Part shown: positions 47,930 through 59,271 of the stretch, piece by piece
How the letters are laid out: each line of letters opens with the position of its first letter
How positions within the stretch are numbered: the stretch's first letter is position 1
NCBI GenBank assembly: GCA_036785375.1
Contig: JAWMAR010000020.1
Location: 7,316,001 to 7,380,000, forward strand
Direction of reading: 5' to 3'
DNA length: 64,000 nucleotides
Source: Leucoraja ocellata
Taxonomy: Eukaryota
Notes under the pieces: generated by a model
Seen by the model: the letters and a program-made list of their open reading frames with translations, nothing else
What the model was told of the DNA's origin: nothing
The model's database searches: none
Made by a program: the position numbers and the translations under genes

Positions 47930-48240
47930 GAGCAATAGATCGGGTAAATGCACAGAACTTGCCCAGAGTAGGGGAATCGAGAACCAGAGGACAATAGGTT
48001 TAAGGTTAAAAACGATACAATTTTTACACCGAATGTGGTGGGTGTATGGAACGAGCTGCCAGAGAAGGTACAGTAGTTGAAGCAGGTACTTTCGCAACTT
48101 TGAAACATTTAGACAGGTACATGAATAGGACAGGTTTAGAAGGATATGGGCCAACGCAGGCAGGTGGGACTAGTGTTGATGGGATATGTTGGTTGGTGTG
48201 GGCAAGTTGGGCCGAAGGGCCTGTTTCCACGCTGTTTATG
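47930..48240 (+). mobile_element. CR1 (HER1-like) 3' fragment
   Basis: Tail ttgggccgaagggcctgtttccacgctg shared with the V-SINE. Confidence 0.8.
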
Positions 48241-48994
48241 TTATCTTTCAACCCCTTTGTTTATCAAGAATCTGCCTCCCCTAACCTTAAAACGTTCAAC
48301 AATACTGCTTCCTTTGAGGAAGTGAGCTCCAAAGATCCATAAATCTCTGGGACAAATTTAATCTGATCTCTATTTTCTTAAATTATAGAATTAGGCCATT
48401 TGGCCCATCAAGTCTGCACCGTTATTCAATCACGGCTGGTCAAATTTTCTCTCTCAACCCCATTCTCCTGTTTCACCCCATAACCCCTGACACCCTTACT
48501 TATAAATCACCTTATCAACCAATTTTAAATAGGCGACTCCTCATGTTCTCAAACAGTGACCACTGGTTCTGGAGTCCCCCACAAGATGGAGCGCCCTCTT
48601 CACACCTGTCACAATTTTACATTTTACCACCTTAGCTCCCAAGTGGAAGTTGGATGGGCCACAAAGTGCTGGAGTAACTCAGTGGGTCAGGCAGCATCTC
48701 TGGAGAGCATGGATAGATGCTGTTTCCGGTTGAGGCCCTGATTGTAGGGGGAAGAGTAGAAAAGCGCAGAGGCAGCACAAGGCGTGGCCAGTAATCGGTG
48801 AGGGGGTTTTTGATGGGTAGATGTTTGGAACAAAGGCCAAAGTTAACCAAGGAGTGTGTGATGGGGGGGGGGGGGGGGGGAGGGGGGATTTTTCCATGAG
48901 CCAATCCTGAAATAAGTTTCAGGCTTGTGATGTCAGGGAAATAAATAGCTTGGAGGGAATAGGATTAAAGATACTGTGGCTTTTTGATTGACTG

Positions 48995-49422
48995 ACAGAT
49001 ACAGCATGGAAACAGGCCCTTCGGCCCACTGGGTCCACACTGGCTATCAATCATCCATTCGCACTAGCTCTATGTCACTCCCAGCACTCCAGGGGCAATT
49101 TGCAGAGGCCAATTAACCTACAAACTGGCACATCTTTGGCACGTGGGAGGAAACTACAGCATAGGAATGGCACAGTACAGTAGCACGATCCTGACTATGG
49201 GTGCTGTCTGTACAAGGTTCGTACGTTCTCCCAGTGACCGAGTGTGTTTTCTCCGGGTGCTCCGGTTTCCTGCCGTATTCCAAAGACGTGCAGGTTTGTA
49301 CGTTAATTGATTTCTGCAAATTGTCCTCAGTGTGTAGGATAGAACTAGTCAAAGAGTGTTGGTGGCTGGCATGGACTCAATGGGCCGAAGGGCCCATTTC
49401 CATGTTACATGTCTAAAACTAA
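48995..49422. mobile_element. Inverted pair of V-SINE fragments
   Basis: Minus copy about 48995-49160, plus copy about 49185-49422. Confidence 0.75.
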
Positions 49423-49681
49423 AGGAACAGGGCCATCGGCTCACAACGTTGGTGCTTGAACAAGACTCCAAATTAAACTACCCACAGCCAGTGCCCTCTA
49501 ATCCAGCAGTGTGATGGTTAATCTCTTCTGCACGCTCTTCACAGCTTCCACATAATGGGGTGTCCAGACCCGCACCTAGTGTTCCAAACACAGGCTGGGG
49601 AAAAGATCATATTGAAATGGCTCCTGGGAGCACAAACACTGACACTGAACAGTTTATAAAACTGCACAAGGTCCCACTCAC

Positions 49682-49801
49682 CTTTCTTCTTCCGCACCTG
49701 GAGGTAGGTGGTGTTGATGTTTGGGAGTTTCTCCACTGTGTAGTAGTATGTGCAGTCATCGTCCTCGTCACGGAACTGGCAGCTCTCCGTCACCTCCTTG
49801 T
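49682..49801 (-). CDS. ITGB4: Integrin beta-4 exon (beta-tail domain)
   Basis: 120 nt, phase 1/1; DKEVTESCQFRDEDDDCTYYYTVEKLPNINTTYLQVRKKK. Confidence 0.94.
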
Positions 49802-50018
49802 CTGCCGGCACAAAACAAACCATCAGCTCACGGGCCAGCGCGGTGGCCTGGAGCTCTCCGGCCCTGTCCGCGGCAACAAGCCTGCCTCATCGGAACCTGC
49901 CCGAACAAGGTCAGTGGGACCGGGAGGGAACTGGAGACATCAGGCGTCTATTTTATATTTTAATATGTACAGAAGCTAATGGTGCACGGCACAGGGTCGG
50001 CACAGGGTCGGCACTGAC

Positions 50019-50148
50019 CTTGCTTCAGTTCTTCCACAAACTCGAACACGTCGTCGCACTTATTGCAGTTTTGCCCTTTCTTCTCCCCAGTGTTCCAGGC
50101 CTGGCATTGGACACACGTCCGAGTGTCTTCACACAGCCCGAGCAGTTG
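50019..50148 (-). CDS. ITGB4: Integrin beta-4 exon (beta-tail domain)
   Basis: 130 nt, phase 0/1; QLLGLCEDTRTCVQCQAWNTGEKKGQNCNKCDDVFEFVEELKQ. Confidence 0.94.
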
Positions 50149-50634
50149 CTGCAGTAGAGAGAGGGGAAACAACCCGATCTTGTCAGACAATGACCACTGG
50201 TCACTGAACTACAGGAAGCCCAGAGTCCTGATTTAACCCCTGCTCCAGCGAGAACAGGGCCTTAAATCAAGGACACGCAGTGAAACAAGGCTTTTCTGAG
50301 GGCTTTTCTCATCAACAAATGGGGCGGGCATATTCCTCAGCCCCACGTGGAAACCTGGGGCCTTGCTTCGTCCAGAGCTCCTGCTAGTCCAGTACTGTGG
50401 GGCGCTGCTCTGGAACTGACCTTCCCCAGAACCAGTGGTGAACGATACTGGAAGCCTGATGTCTGCAAGTGACCACGGAAAGTGGACCTGCACACGGAGC
50501 GGTCAGTGTGCAGACATGAGATGATGTCAGTGTGGTCACGGCAAACCTCCCAAACTCACAGCCTGTGGCTAATGGGGCCCATTGCTCCTTGTAAAGTGAC
50601 CCATTATTCCTCTCCAGCGCCACTGAAACTGGGT

Positions 50635-50870
50635 TGCTGCCTCACCCAGCTACAATCCAGACCTCGGGTGCTGTCTGTGTGGAGTTTGTACGTTCTCCCT
50701 GTGACCGCGTGGGTTTTCTCTGGGTGCTGCAGTTTCCTCCCACATTCCAAAGACGTACAGGTTTGTCGGATATATTGTCCCTAGTGTGTAGGGTAGTGAC
50801 AGTGTGCAGGCGATCACTGGTCAGTGGGGCTGAAGGGCCTGTTTCCAGGCTGTATAGCCAAACTAAACTA
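50635..50870 (+). mobile_element. V-SINE (HE1-like)
   Basis: V-domain gtggagtttgtacgttctccctgtgaccgcgtgggtttt. Confidence 0.83.
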
Positions 50871-51065
50871 CCGTTCTCAAGTTGGTCATCTGTCTGAGCG
50901 ACAGTGGGGAACTCTCAGGTGTTCAGGTACAGGAGTGTTGCAGCTAATTCAATGGTTCAATACTAAACTGCCCTCAGTAGGTCTTTGCAGCTGTGAAACT
51001 CTATGGGGGTATGGAGGAAAGGGGAGGGAAGCACAAACATTCACGCCTCAAGCAGTTGTCCTTAC

Positions 51066-51158
51066 CAAGTAGGTGTTGGCACCGCAGGTTGGGTCTACGT
51101 TTTTATCTTCACACTTGCACCGTCCACACTCGCAAATGCCTTTGCCGTTGCACAGCCC
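51066..51158 (-). CDS. ITGB4: Integrin beta-4 exon (EGF-like 4)
   Basis: 93 nt, phase 0/0; GLCNGKGICECGRCKCEDKNVDPTCGANTYL. Confidence 0.93.
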
Positions 51159-51324
51159 CTGCGTCAGGGAAATACAGGTCAGGAGGATAAGAAATGCCTC
51201 CCTCCCCCCCCCCCCCCCCCATCCTCCTCCAGCTGGGGAGGGGAAGGGGGAAGGGAGGAGGGGGTGCTCCCCTCTGAACAACGCGCGCTGGAAACTCCCA
51301 GAAACTGTCCCAGCAGCAATCCCA

Positions 51325-51582
51325 GGGGTGGCGCAGTGGTAGAGTTGCTGCCTTACAGCGTCAGAGACCCGGGTTTGATCCTGACTACGGGTGCTGCCTG
51401 CACGTTCTCCCTGTGATTGCGTGGGTTTTCTCCGGTTTCCTCCCACACTCCAAAGACGTACGGGTTTGTGGGTTAATTGCAGGTAAATTGCCCCGAGTGG
51501 TGCGGGGTGATCGCTGGTGGGTGTGGTCACGGTGGGCCAAAGTGCCTGTTTCCGTGCTGTATCCCTGACGTCTAAACTAAAG
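51325..51582 (+). mobile_element. V-SINE (HE1-like)
   Basis: Head ggtggcgcagtggtagagttgctgcc. Confidence 0.85.
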
Positions 51583-51904
51583 TTTAAGGTGCTGGGAATG
51601 TTACCGGCAATTCACAGGAAGTGCAGCAGGGGGAGCAGTAACTCCAGGCTGGGTCATGTCTGGGGAACCAGGATCTCCTTGGTCACATTCCACACGGCTA
51701 CCCATGGAGACGGCAGCCCAGCATATCTCTCTTTCTATTTCTATAATTTTGCATCAAATCTTCTCCCTGTGTAAGATCTCTGGGCCCACGTAAGGAACAG
51801 ACGCAGCTCAATCCTTCTCTCGAGCCTGCGGGGCGTTTTTGTCCGCAGTATCGCGACTCGTGGAATTGATCTTCGAGAAAATGCACATCAGTCTCAGCAC
51901 TTAA

Positions 51905-52405
51905 AGCCATGCAGCACAGAAACAGGCCCATCCACTCACCAGTGACGACCAAGGTGCCCCATCTAAGCTCATCCCATTTGCCTGCATATGCCCCCTATCC
52001 TTCTAAAACCATTCCTATCCATGTACTTGTCCAAGTGACTTTCCTATCCTAGGCTGTCATCTTACCTGCCTCAACTACCTTCTCTGGCAGCTCATTCCAT
52101 ACACCCACAATCATCTGAGTGAAAAAGTTGCTCCTCACGTTCCTATTAAATCTTGCCCCTCTCACCTTAAATCTATATCTTCTGGTTCTTGGATGCCCTA
52201 AAAGATTCTGTGCATTGACCCTAAACTATTTAACTCAATATTGTAAACACCATTATAAGATCACCCCTCATCCTCCTCGGAATAAAGTCCTAGCCTGCCA
52301 ACCTTTCCCAATTGCTCAGGCCCTCGAGTCCTGGAAACATACTTGTAAATCTTCTCTGCGCTCTTCCCAGCTTAATGACATCCTTCCTATAGCAGGGTGA
52401 CCAAA
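51905..52405 (-). mobile_element. CR1 3' fragment, degenerate
   Basis: Reverse complement of CR1 RT end and tail. Confidence 0.7.
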
Positions 52406-52409
52406 AAGA

Positions 52410-52708
52410 GTGGTAGAGTTGCTGCCTTACAGCTCTTGCAGCGCCAGAGACCCAGGTTCGATCCTGACTACGGGCGCTGTCTGCACGGAGTTTACACGTT
52501 TCTCCCCGTGACCGCGTGGGTTTTCTCGGAGATCTTCAGTTTCCTCCCACACTCCGAAGATGTACAGGTTTGTAGGTTAATTGGCTTGGTATAGGTGTAA
52601 ATTGTCCCGTGTGTGTAGGATTGTGTTAATGTGCGGGGATCGCTGGTCGGTGGGGACCCGGTGAGCCGAAGGGCCTGTTTCCGTGATGTATCTCTAACCT
52701 AAACTAAA
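52410..52708 (+). mobile_element. V-SINE (HE1-like)
   Basis: Same consensus; variant carrying ggagatcttc. Confidence 0.87.
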
Positions 52709-52792
52709 CACAAGTCAAGTCACTATCACCCATGTCCATCTGCCACCCAGAATCGTTTTCACCATCACTAAATCCCGTTATTTCCAGCTTAC

Positions 52793-52896
52793 TCCGTTAG
52801 GATCTATGCAGGTAGCGTTACTGATCGGACATTCACACGAGGGACCCGTCCATCCATCTTCACAAAGGCACTTCTCCTGAAAGCATTTACCCCGAT
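52793..52896 (-). CDS. ITGB4: Integrin beta-4 exon (EGF-like 3)
   Basis: 104 nt, phase 1/0; [35 protein letters not shown]. Confidence 0.94.
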
Positions 52897-53019
52897 CTGT
52901 GGACAAACACAAACAAACCCAAAGAATAAACATTCAAGAAAATCCAATACACCAAATCTCAGCTCTGGGATGAGCAGCAAATCAGCTCAAATCACATTGA
53001 CCTTTACGTTCAATAAACC

Positions 53020-53290
53020 AATCATCTTGGTCAATCCAACTCGCAACACAAGTCCCGTTGGTCAGTTCACCTCACTGCCAACTCCATTGGTCATTCTATC
53101 TACTCAATGCCAACTTCATTGGTCAGTTCATCTACTAACTCCCAATTACATTGGTCCATCTACTTGTTGCCCTCCATTGGTCAGTCCACTCACTAACCGC
53201 CAGCACTATTGGTTATTCCATCTACTCACAGCTGATTTTATTGGTCAGTCCATCTACACTCTTCCAACTCCATTGGTCAGTCCAAATACG
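53020..53290. repeat. ~32-bp minisatellite
   Basis: Unit approximately ccaactccattggtcagtccatctactcactg. Confidence 0.8.
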
Positions 53291-54290
53291 TTGGATAAAA
53301 TGAGCATAGAAATCTCTTGAAACACAAATTATCTGGAATTTTAAAACATGGATTTTTTTTCAGTGTTACATCTTTCCATTTCAGTGCAATTAGCAGTGGC
53401 GATGAAGCCAGCTAATCCGGCCCAGTGACCCCACTGAGTGGACGCAAGCCGAGCTTCCACTAAAGACGAAGAGTGGGAAGTTCACCTCACAATGTCCTCT
53501 TGGGCAGGGGATCTAGCAACCATTGACCACTTTGGATTTATCTCTGAAGAAGGTGATCCCATGAATCCCGCAGTTCTATATTAAGAATTTTGAGATGCAT
53601 TGGTTCAATTTAGATCAGTTATCACTGGCCACCACCCAGGTAATGGTTTTCCATTACCGGCATCTAGTGCCAACTCTGTGGCAGGTACTACCTGCTCCAT
53701 CAGTAGGGACTCCTTCTAACCATCTCCACTGCCGACCGCCAGTTAGCTGTGGATAGAAGAGCTAGTCGAAGGTGGCGGAGACAGCATTGACAGTGGACTT
53801 TTGCAGTTGGTCTTTCAAAGCCCCTCAGATGTTGGCACTCTGTGGTTGGCCTCCACTCCTGCTCAGACCGTCGAAGATCTGCCGTCTGGACCCCAGGAGC
53901 TCACACGCTGATCGAGAGACAATGGGCCAATCTCAGCTGGGGCTCCCAGAACTGCCACAAGGAGGCACTGCACTGGGGGATGCAATGCCTCTCCGTTGGA
54001 AAACCCATGGGAATGCTGGAAGAGCAGTGAAAGCCCATTGCTGCCCTGTCAACCACTATTTCTTGTACCAGAATTGCACCAGAACCACTAGTTTGTACCA
54101 GGTATTTGCTTTTTCTTGGGACCTCTCTGTTGCTGTGTTGTATTGCAGGGGTGTGCCCAGCTTCTGCAGAGCTGAACCACTGTGATATTCTCTGTTTCAC
54201 AGCATTTTGTTCCTTTTTTAACAATATATTTTGTGGGGGTTAAACACATAATTCTGGAGTAATTTAGCAGGTCAGCCAGCATCTCCGGAT

Positions 54291-54608
54291 TAGATTATTT
54301 AGATTAGAGGTACAGCGCAGAAACAGGCCCTTCGACCTACCGAGTCCGCGCCGACCAGCGATCCCCGCACTTTAACACTATCCGATACATACTAGAGACA
54401 ATTTACACTTATACCGAGTCTATAAACCCAAGCCAATTAACCTACAAACTTGTACGTCTTTGGAATGTGGGAGGAAGCCGAAGATCTCGGAGAAAACACA
54501 CGCGGTCACGGGGAGAACGTAATACTCCGTACAGACAGCACCCGTAGTCAGGCTCAAACCCGGGACGCTGGCGCTGTAAGGCAGCAACTCTCCCGCTGCG
54601 ACACCGTG
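54291..54608 (-). mobile_element. V-SINE (HE1-like)
   Basis: Same consensus; variant carrying gaagatctcggag. Confidence 0.87.
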
Positions 54609-54728
54609 GAGAAAAATAATAGGTGATGTTTCTGGTCGAGACCCGAGCATCTACAGTTTCTTCTTACACATGCTCTGTGGGGGCTTCACCTCCGTGCCTC
54701 CCAGACACGGCGGTGCGGGTTGACTCAC

Positions 54729-54949
54729 CGTTGCACGTGAAGCCGGCGTAGCGCGGGCACAGCAGGTTGCTGTATTGACAGTACTTCCCGTCAAAGTGTT
54801 CTAGATGTTTCTCTGAGGGGAGGCAGTGGCAGATCCCGCACTGACACTCCCCATGATTAGAGCAAGGCACACTGCTGTTTCCCTTGGGGTCGATGCAGTC
54901 AGCAATGTTTCCCTCCACGCCCATGAGACAGTCACAGCGAAGACCCTGC
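54729..54949 (-). CDS. ITGB4: Integrin beta-4 exon (EGF-like 2/3)
   Basis: 221 nt, phase 2/1; QGLRCDCL...PCSNHGECQCGICHC...FDGKYCQYSNLLCPRYAGFTCN; donor gtgagt. Confidence 0.94.
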
Positions 54950-55109
54950 CTGAGGGGATAAGGTCAAATTCATCAGCTGGCCTGCCAGCGTTCGAGCTTC
55001 AGGACTTTTGAGAAGATGGCAAAGAGGAGAACATTCATGCATTCAAACACATGGAGCACAAACCTCGCTGGGAGCAAGGCTGAAACACACCATCGCCCCA
55101 CTTAGCTAC

Positions 55110-55423
55110 CTTAGTTTAGTTTAGTTTAGAGAAACAGCGCGGAAACAGGCCCTTCGGCCCACCGGGTCCGAGCCAACCAGCGATCATCGCACATTAACAC
55201 TATCCTACACCCACTGGGGACAATTTTTACATTTGCTAAGCCAATTAACCTGCAAAACTGTACGTCTTTGGAGTGTGGGAGGAAACCGAAGATCTCGGAG
55301 AAAACCCACAGATCACGGGGAGAACGTACAAACTCCGTACGGACAGCACCTGTATTCTAGATCGAACCCGGGTCTCCGGCGCTGCATTCGCTGTAATGCA
55401 GGAACTACTGCTGCACCACCGTG
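55110..55423 (-). mobile_element. V-SINE (HE1-like)
   Basis: Same consensus with (tttag)n tail. Confidence 0.87.
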
Positions 55424-56297
55424 ACTGCCCAATATTTTCCTATCACTATTTTATTATGATACGGAAGAAGGCCATTTGGCCCACTGAGTCCATACCAGCT
55501 CACAGGGCAGTCCCAGTACTCTATGTATTCCCCCACAACATCTTATTTCTCATATTCCCATCAATTCCACCCTCATCCTCCCCCTTGAGTTTAGTGTCGA
55601 TCACCCCCACCTGCCTCAGTATAGCTCTTACACTTTTTCTAAACTGCACTTTCTCAGCCACTGTTTGCTATAACGTTCTCACATTACATTCTGCACTGCG
55701 TGTTCACATCTCTGCACAGTGCCTTGAACTCACAACTTCTTGATCCGTGTTTGAGTTCCACCAAACAAGCCACACTATAGGTTGGTACCAAAGTCGGCCC
55801 AATGCAGGGGGACAGATGGTGGTCCCGATGAAGCCCGTGCCCCAGGGAAGTGGCATCACCTCAGGGGGCTGGGGGGCCGAGAAACCAACCTGCAAAGTCG
55901 GCCTTGGAAGTCGGCTATGGGAACGAGTCTGTCTGCTGGCTCCGGCCAGGTCCGACTTCCAAAGTCCTGCCCGGGGGGACAAATTTGATACCTCGATCGG
56001 CCTCGGAAGTCCCAATGAGGCTGAGATCGACTGCATCATCCGGCCTCGGTGCTACATTTACGGGGGGGGGGGGGGGGGCTACCAAGGGGGATTTCAAGTG
56101 CGCTCTCGTAACATTGTCTGGATTGCAGGACAACCAGTTGCTAAAAATGTAATGGTGGACCAGTACATCGTCTGGCCAGAGGCTGCCTGGGACACGTTAA
56201 TGTGGTGGAAGAAGCAAATCCGCTCCTTCCTCTCAGTCCAACCCGGCTTTCTCCAAATATCACATCAACAAAACATAGAGGGGCTGCTTTATCTTAC

Positions 56298-56374
56298 CAA
56301 TTCTCCTTGCACTGGCACTGTCCGCAGACAAAGTCACCGTTGGAACTGCACAGGGGTGAGTCAACCTCTGGATT
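56298..56374 (-). CDS. ITGB4: Integrin beta-4 exon (EGF-like 1)
   Basis: 77 nt, phase 0/2; NPEVDSPLCSSNGDFVCGQCQCKEN(W). Confidence 0.93.
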
Positions 56375-56477
56375 CTGCAACAAAGCAGAACGGGCCGTCA
56401 GGGACAGATAGACACAAACAGCTGGAGTAAAATTCTTAAGTTTGGAGTTTCTTAAATTCTTAAATTCTGGAGTTTAA

Positions 56478-56845
56478 AATTCTTAAGGGGTTGGACAGGC
56501 TAGATGCAGGAAGATTGTTCCCGATGTTGGGGAAGTCCAGAACAAGGGGTCACAGTTTAAGGATAAGGGGGAAATCTTTTAGGACCGAGATGAGAAAAAC
56601 ATTTTTCACACAGAGAGTGGTGAATCTCTGGAATTCTCTGCCACAGACGGTAGTTGAGGCCTGTTCATTGGCTATATTTAAGAGGGAGTTAGATGTGGCC
56701 CTTGTGGCTAAAGGGATCAGGGGGTATGGAGAGAAGGCAGGTACAGGATACTGAGTTGGATGATCAGCCATGATCATATTGAATGGCGGTGCAGGCTCGA
56801 AGGGCCGAATGGCCTACTCCTGCACCTATTTTCTATGTTTCTATG
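56478..56845 (+). mobile_element. Young 5'-truncated CR1 inserted in a Penelope-derived repeat
   Basis: LDRLDAGRLFPMLGKSRTRGHSLRIRG...; tail ctatgtttctatg; apparent TSD gagtaa. Confidence 0.92.
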
Positions 56846-57115
56846 AGTAATTTAGCGACTCAGGCAGCATCTCTGGAGAAAAGGAGTAGCTGACGTTTTG
56901 GGTCAAGACTTTTCTTTCGACTGAAAGACAAGGGAGAGGGAAACAAGATATATAGGCAATGATGTAGAGAGATATAGAACAAATGAATGAAAGATGTGGA
57001 AAAAAGTAACAATGATCGAGGAGAAGTGGGGCCCACAATGGGCCCAGTTTGCCTGTGGGCTACGTGATAACGAGTTATGTAGACAGTGTAACTAAACAGT
57101 GAAACTAGTACGTGT
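56846..57115 (-). mobile_element. Penelope-derived repeat (host of the 56478 CR1 insertion)
   Basis: Same family as 9465-9785. Confidence 0.7.
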
Positions 57116-57205
57116 ACAGTGTAACTAAACAGTGAAACTAGTACCCCACACAGTCAGGGAAAGGTTGTGGAAGATGGTGTTGCAGGTAGAGAAGCAGGAG
57201 CTTAC

Positions 57206-57373
57206 CTGCTCACAAGGGCACTGGGCACACAGCAGCGAGGCATCGAGTGACAGAGAGTCGGTGGAAGTGCTGGGTTTGAGAATAATTGTTCCCTCCTGGT
57301 CGCCCTGGGGCCTGTTGCACAGGTGAATGTCACCGTCGTTTTCCAAAGCTTTCAAACTGAGGCGGAACTTATT
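57206..57373 (-). CDS. ITGB4: Integrin beta-4 exon (hybrid domain end)
   Basis: cag|...|gtaagc, 168 nt, phase 0/0; NKFRLSLKALEN...GTIILKPSTSTDSLSLDASLLCAQCPCEQ. Confidence 0.92.
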
Positions 57374-57400
57374 CTGGTGACAAGCAGAAAAGGAAATCAG

Positions 57401-57702
57401 CGGCACGGTGGCGCAGCGGTAGAGTTGTTGCCCTACAGCACCAGAGACCCAGGTTCGATCCTGACTTCTGGTGCGGCCGAACGGACTTTATACGTTCTTC
57501 ATTAGACCGCATGGGTTTTCTCCGGGTGCTCCGGTTTCCTCCCACACTCCAAAGACGTGCAGGTTTGAAGTTTAATTGGCTTTGGTAAAAATTGTAAAAT
57601 TGTCCCTAGCATGTAGCATGTGCTACTGCAACAGGAATCGCTAGTCGGCGTGGACTCTGTGGGCCAAAGGGCCTGTTTCCACGCTCTATCTCTAAACTAA
57701 AC
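57401..57702 (+). mobile_element. V-SINE (HE1-like), full length
   Basis: cggcacggtggcgcagcggtagag...ggttcgatcc (A/B boxes) ... (ctaaa)n. Confidence 0.9.
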
Positions 57703-57734
57703 TCAACAAGGTTTCCTGATGTCTCCAAGCCACA

Positions 57735-59175
57735 CATAGAAACATAGAAATTAGGTGCAGGAGTAGGCCATTCGGCCCTTCGAGCCTGCACCGCCATTCA
57801 ATATGATCATGGCTGATCATCCAACTCAGTATCCCGTACCTGTCTTCTCTCCATACCCCCTGATCCCTAGCCACAAGGGCCACATCTAATTCCCTCTTAA
57901 ATATAGCCAATGAACAGGCCTCAACTACCCTCTGTGGCAGAGAGTTCCAGAGATTCACCACTCTCTGTGTGAAAAAAGTTCTTCTCATCTCGGTTTTAAA
58001 GGATTTCCCCCTTATCCTTAAGCTGTGACCCCTTGTCCTGGACTTCCCCAACATCGGGAACAATCTTCCTGCATCTAGCCTGTCCAACCCCTTAAGAATT
58101 TTGTAAGTTTCTATAAGATCCCCTCTCAATCTCCTAAATTCTAGAGAGTATAAACCAAGCCTATCCAGTCTTTCTTCATAAGACAGTCCTGAAGTGAACC
58201 TTCTCTGCATTCCCTCTATGGCAATAACGTCCTTCCTCAGATTTGGAGACCAAAACTGTACGCAATACTCCAGGTGTGGTCTCACCAAGACCCTGTACAA
58301 CTGCAGTAGAACCTCCCTGCTCCTATACTCAAATCCTTTTGCAATGAAAGCTAACATACCATTCGCTTTCTTTACTGCCTGCTGCACCTGCATGCCTACC
58401 TTCAATGACTGGTGTACCATGACACCCAGGTCTCGCTGCATCTCCCCCTTTCCCAATCGGCCACCATTTAAATAATAGTCTGCTTTCCCGTTTTTGCCAC
58501 CAAAATGGATAACCTCACATTTATCCACATTATACTGCATCTGCGAAACATTTTCCCACTCACCCAGCCTATCCAAGTCAACTTGCAGTCTCCTAGCATC
58601 CTCCTCACAGCTAACACTGCCCCCCAGCTTAGTGTCATCTGCAAACTTGGAGATATTGCCTTCAATTCCCTCATCCAGATCATCAATATATATTGTAAAT
58701 AGCTGGGGTCCCAGCACTGAGCCTTGCGGTACCCCACTAGTCACTGCCTGCCATTGTGAAAAGGACCCGTTTACTCCTACTCTTTGCTTCCTGTTTGCCA
58801 ACCAGTTCTCTATCCACATCAATACTGAACCCCCAATGCCGTGTGCTTTAAGTTTGTATACTAATCTCTTATGTGGGACCTTGTCAAAAGCCTTCTGGAA
58901 GTCTAGATACACCACATCCACTGGTTCTCCCCTATCCAGGCTACTAGTTACATCCTCGAAAAATTCTTTAAGATTCGTCAGACATGATTTACCTTTCGTA
59001 AATCCATGCTGACTTTGTCCAATGATTTCACCACTTTCCAAATGTGCTGCTATCCCATCTTTAATAACTGACTAGCAGTTTCCCCACTACCGATGTTAGA
59101 CTAACTGGTCTGTAATTCCCCGTTTTCTCTCTCCCTCCCTTCTTAAAAAGTGGGGTTACGTTTGCTACCCACCAA
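57735..59175 (-). mobile_element. Young CR1 LINE ORF2 (RT domain) plus tail
   Basis: 449-aa ORF with [27 protein letters not shown] and RPHLEYCVQFWSP. Confidence 0.96.
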
Positions 59176-59271
59176 TCCTCACACAATAGCTCAACTCTGC
59201 ACAAAATGTCTGCCTGTTCATTCAGTCTGCAGTCAACTGATAGCAAGGAGTCACCTCTCTCAGACCTTAGG

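Noticed and set aside
57401-57470. tRNA gene
   Set aside because: tRNA-derived head of a V-SINE continuing into the V-domain; the same applies to all SINE copies.
57692-59041. 449-aa reverse transcriptase ORF as a domesticated gene
   Set aside because: Ordinary 5'-truncated CR1 ORF2 with a small deletion, altered C-terminus and standard CR1 tail.
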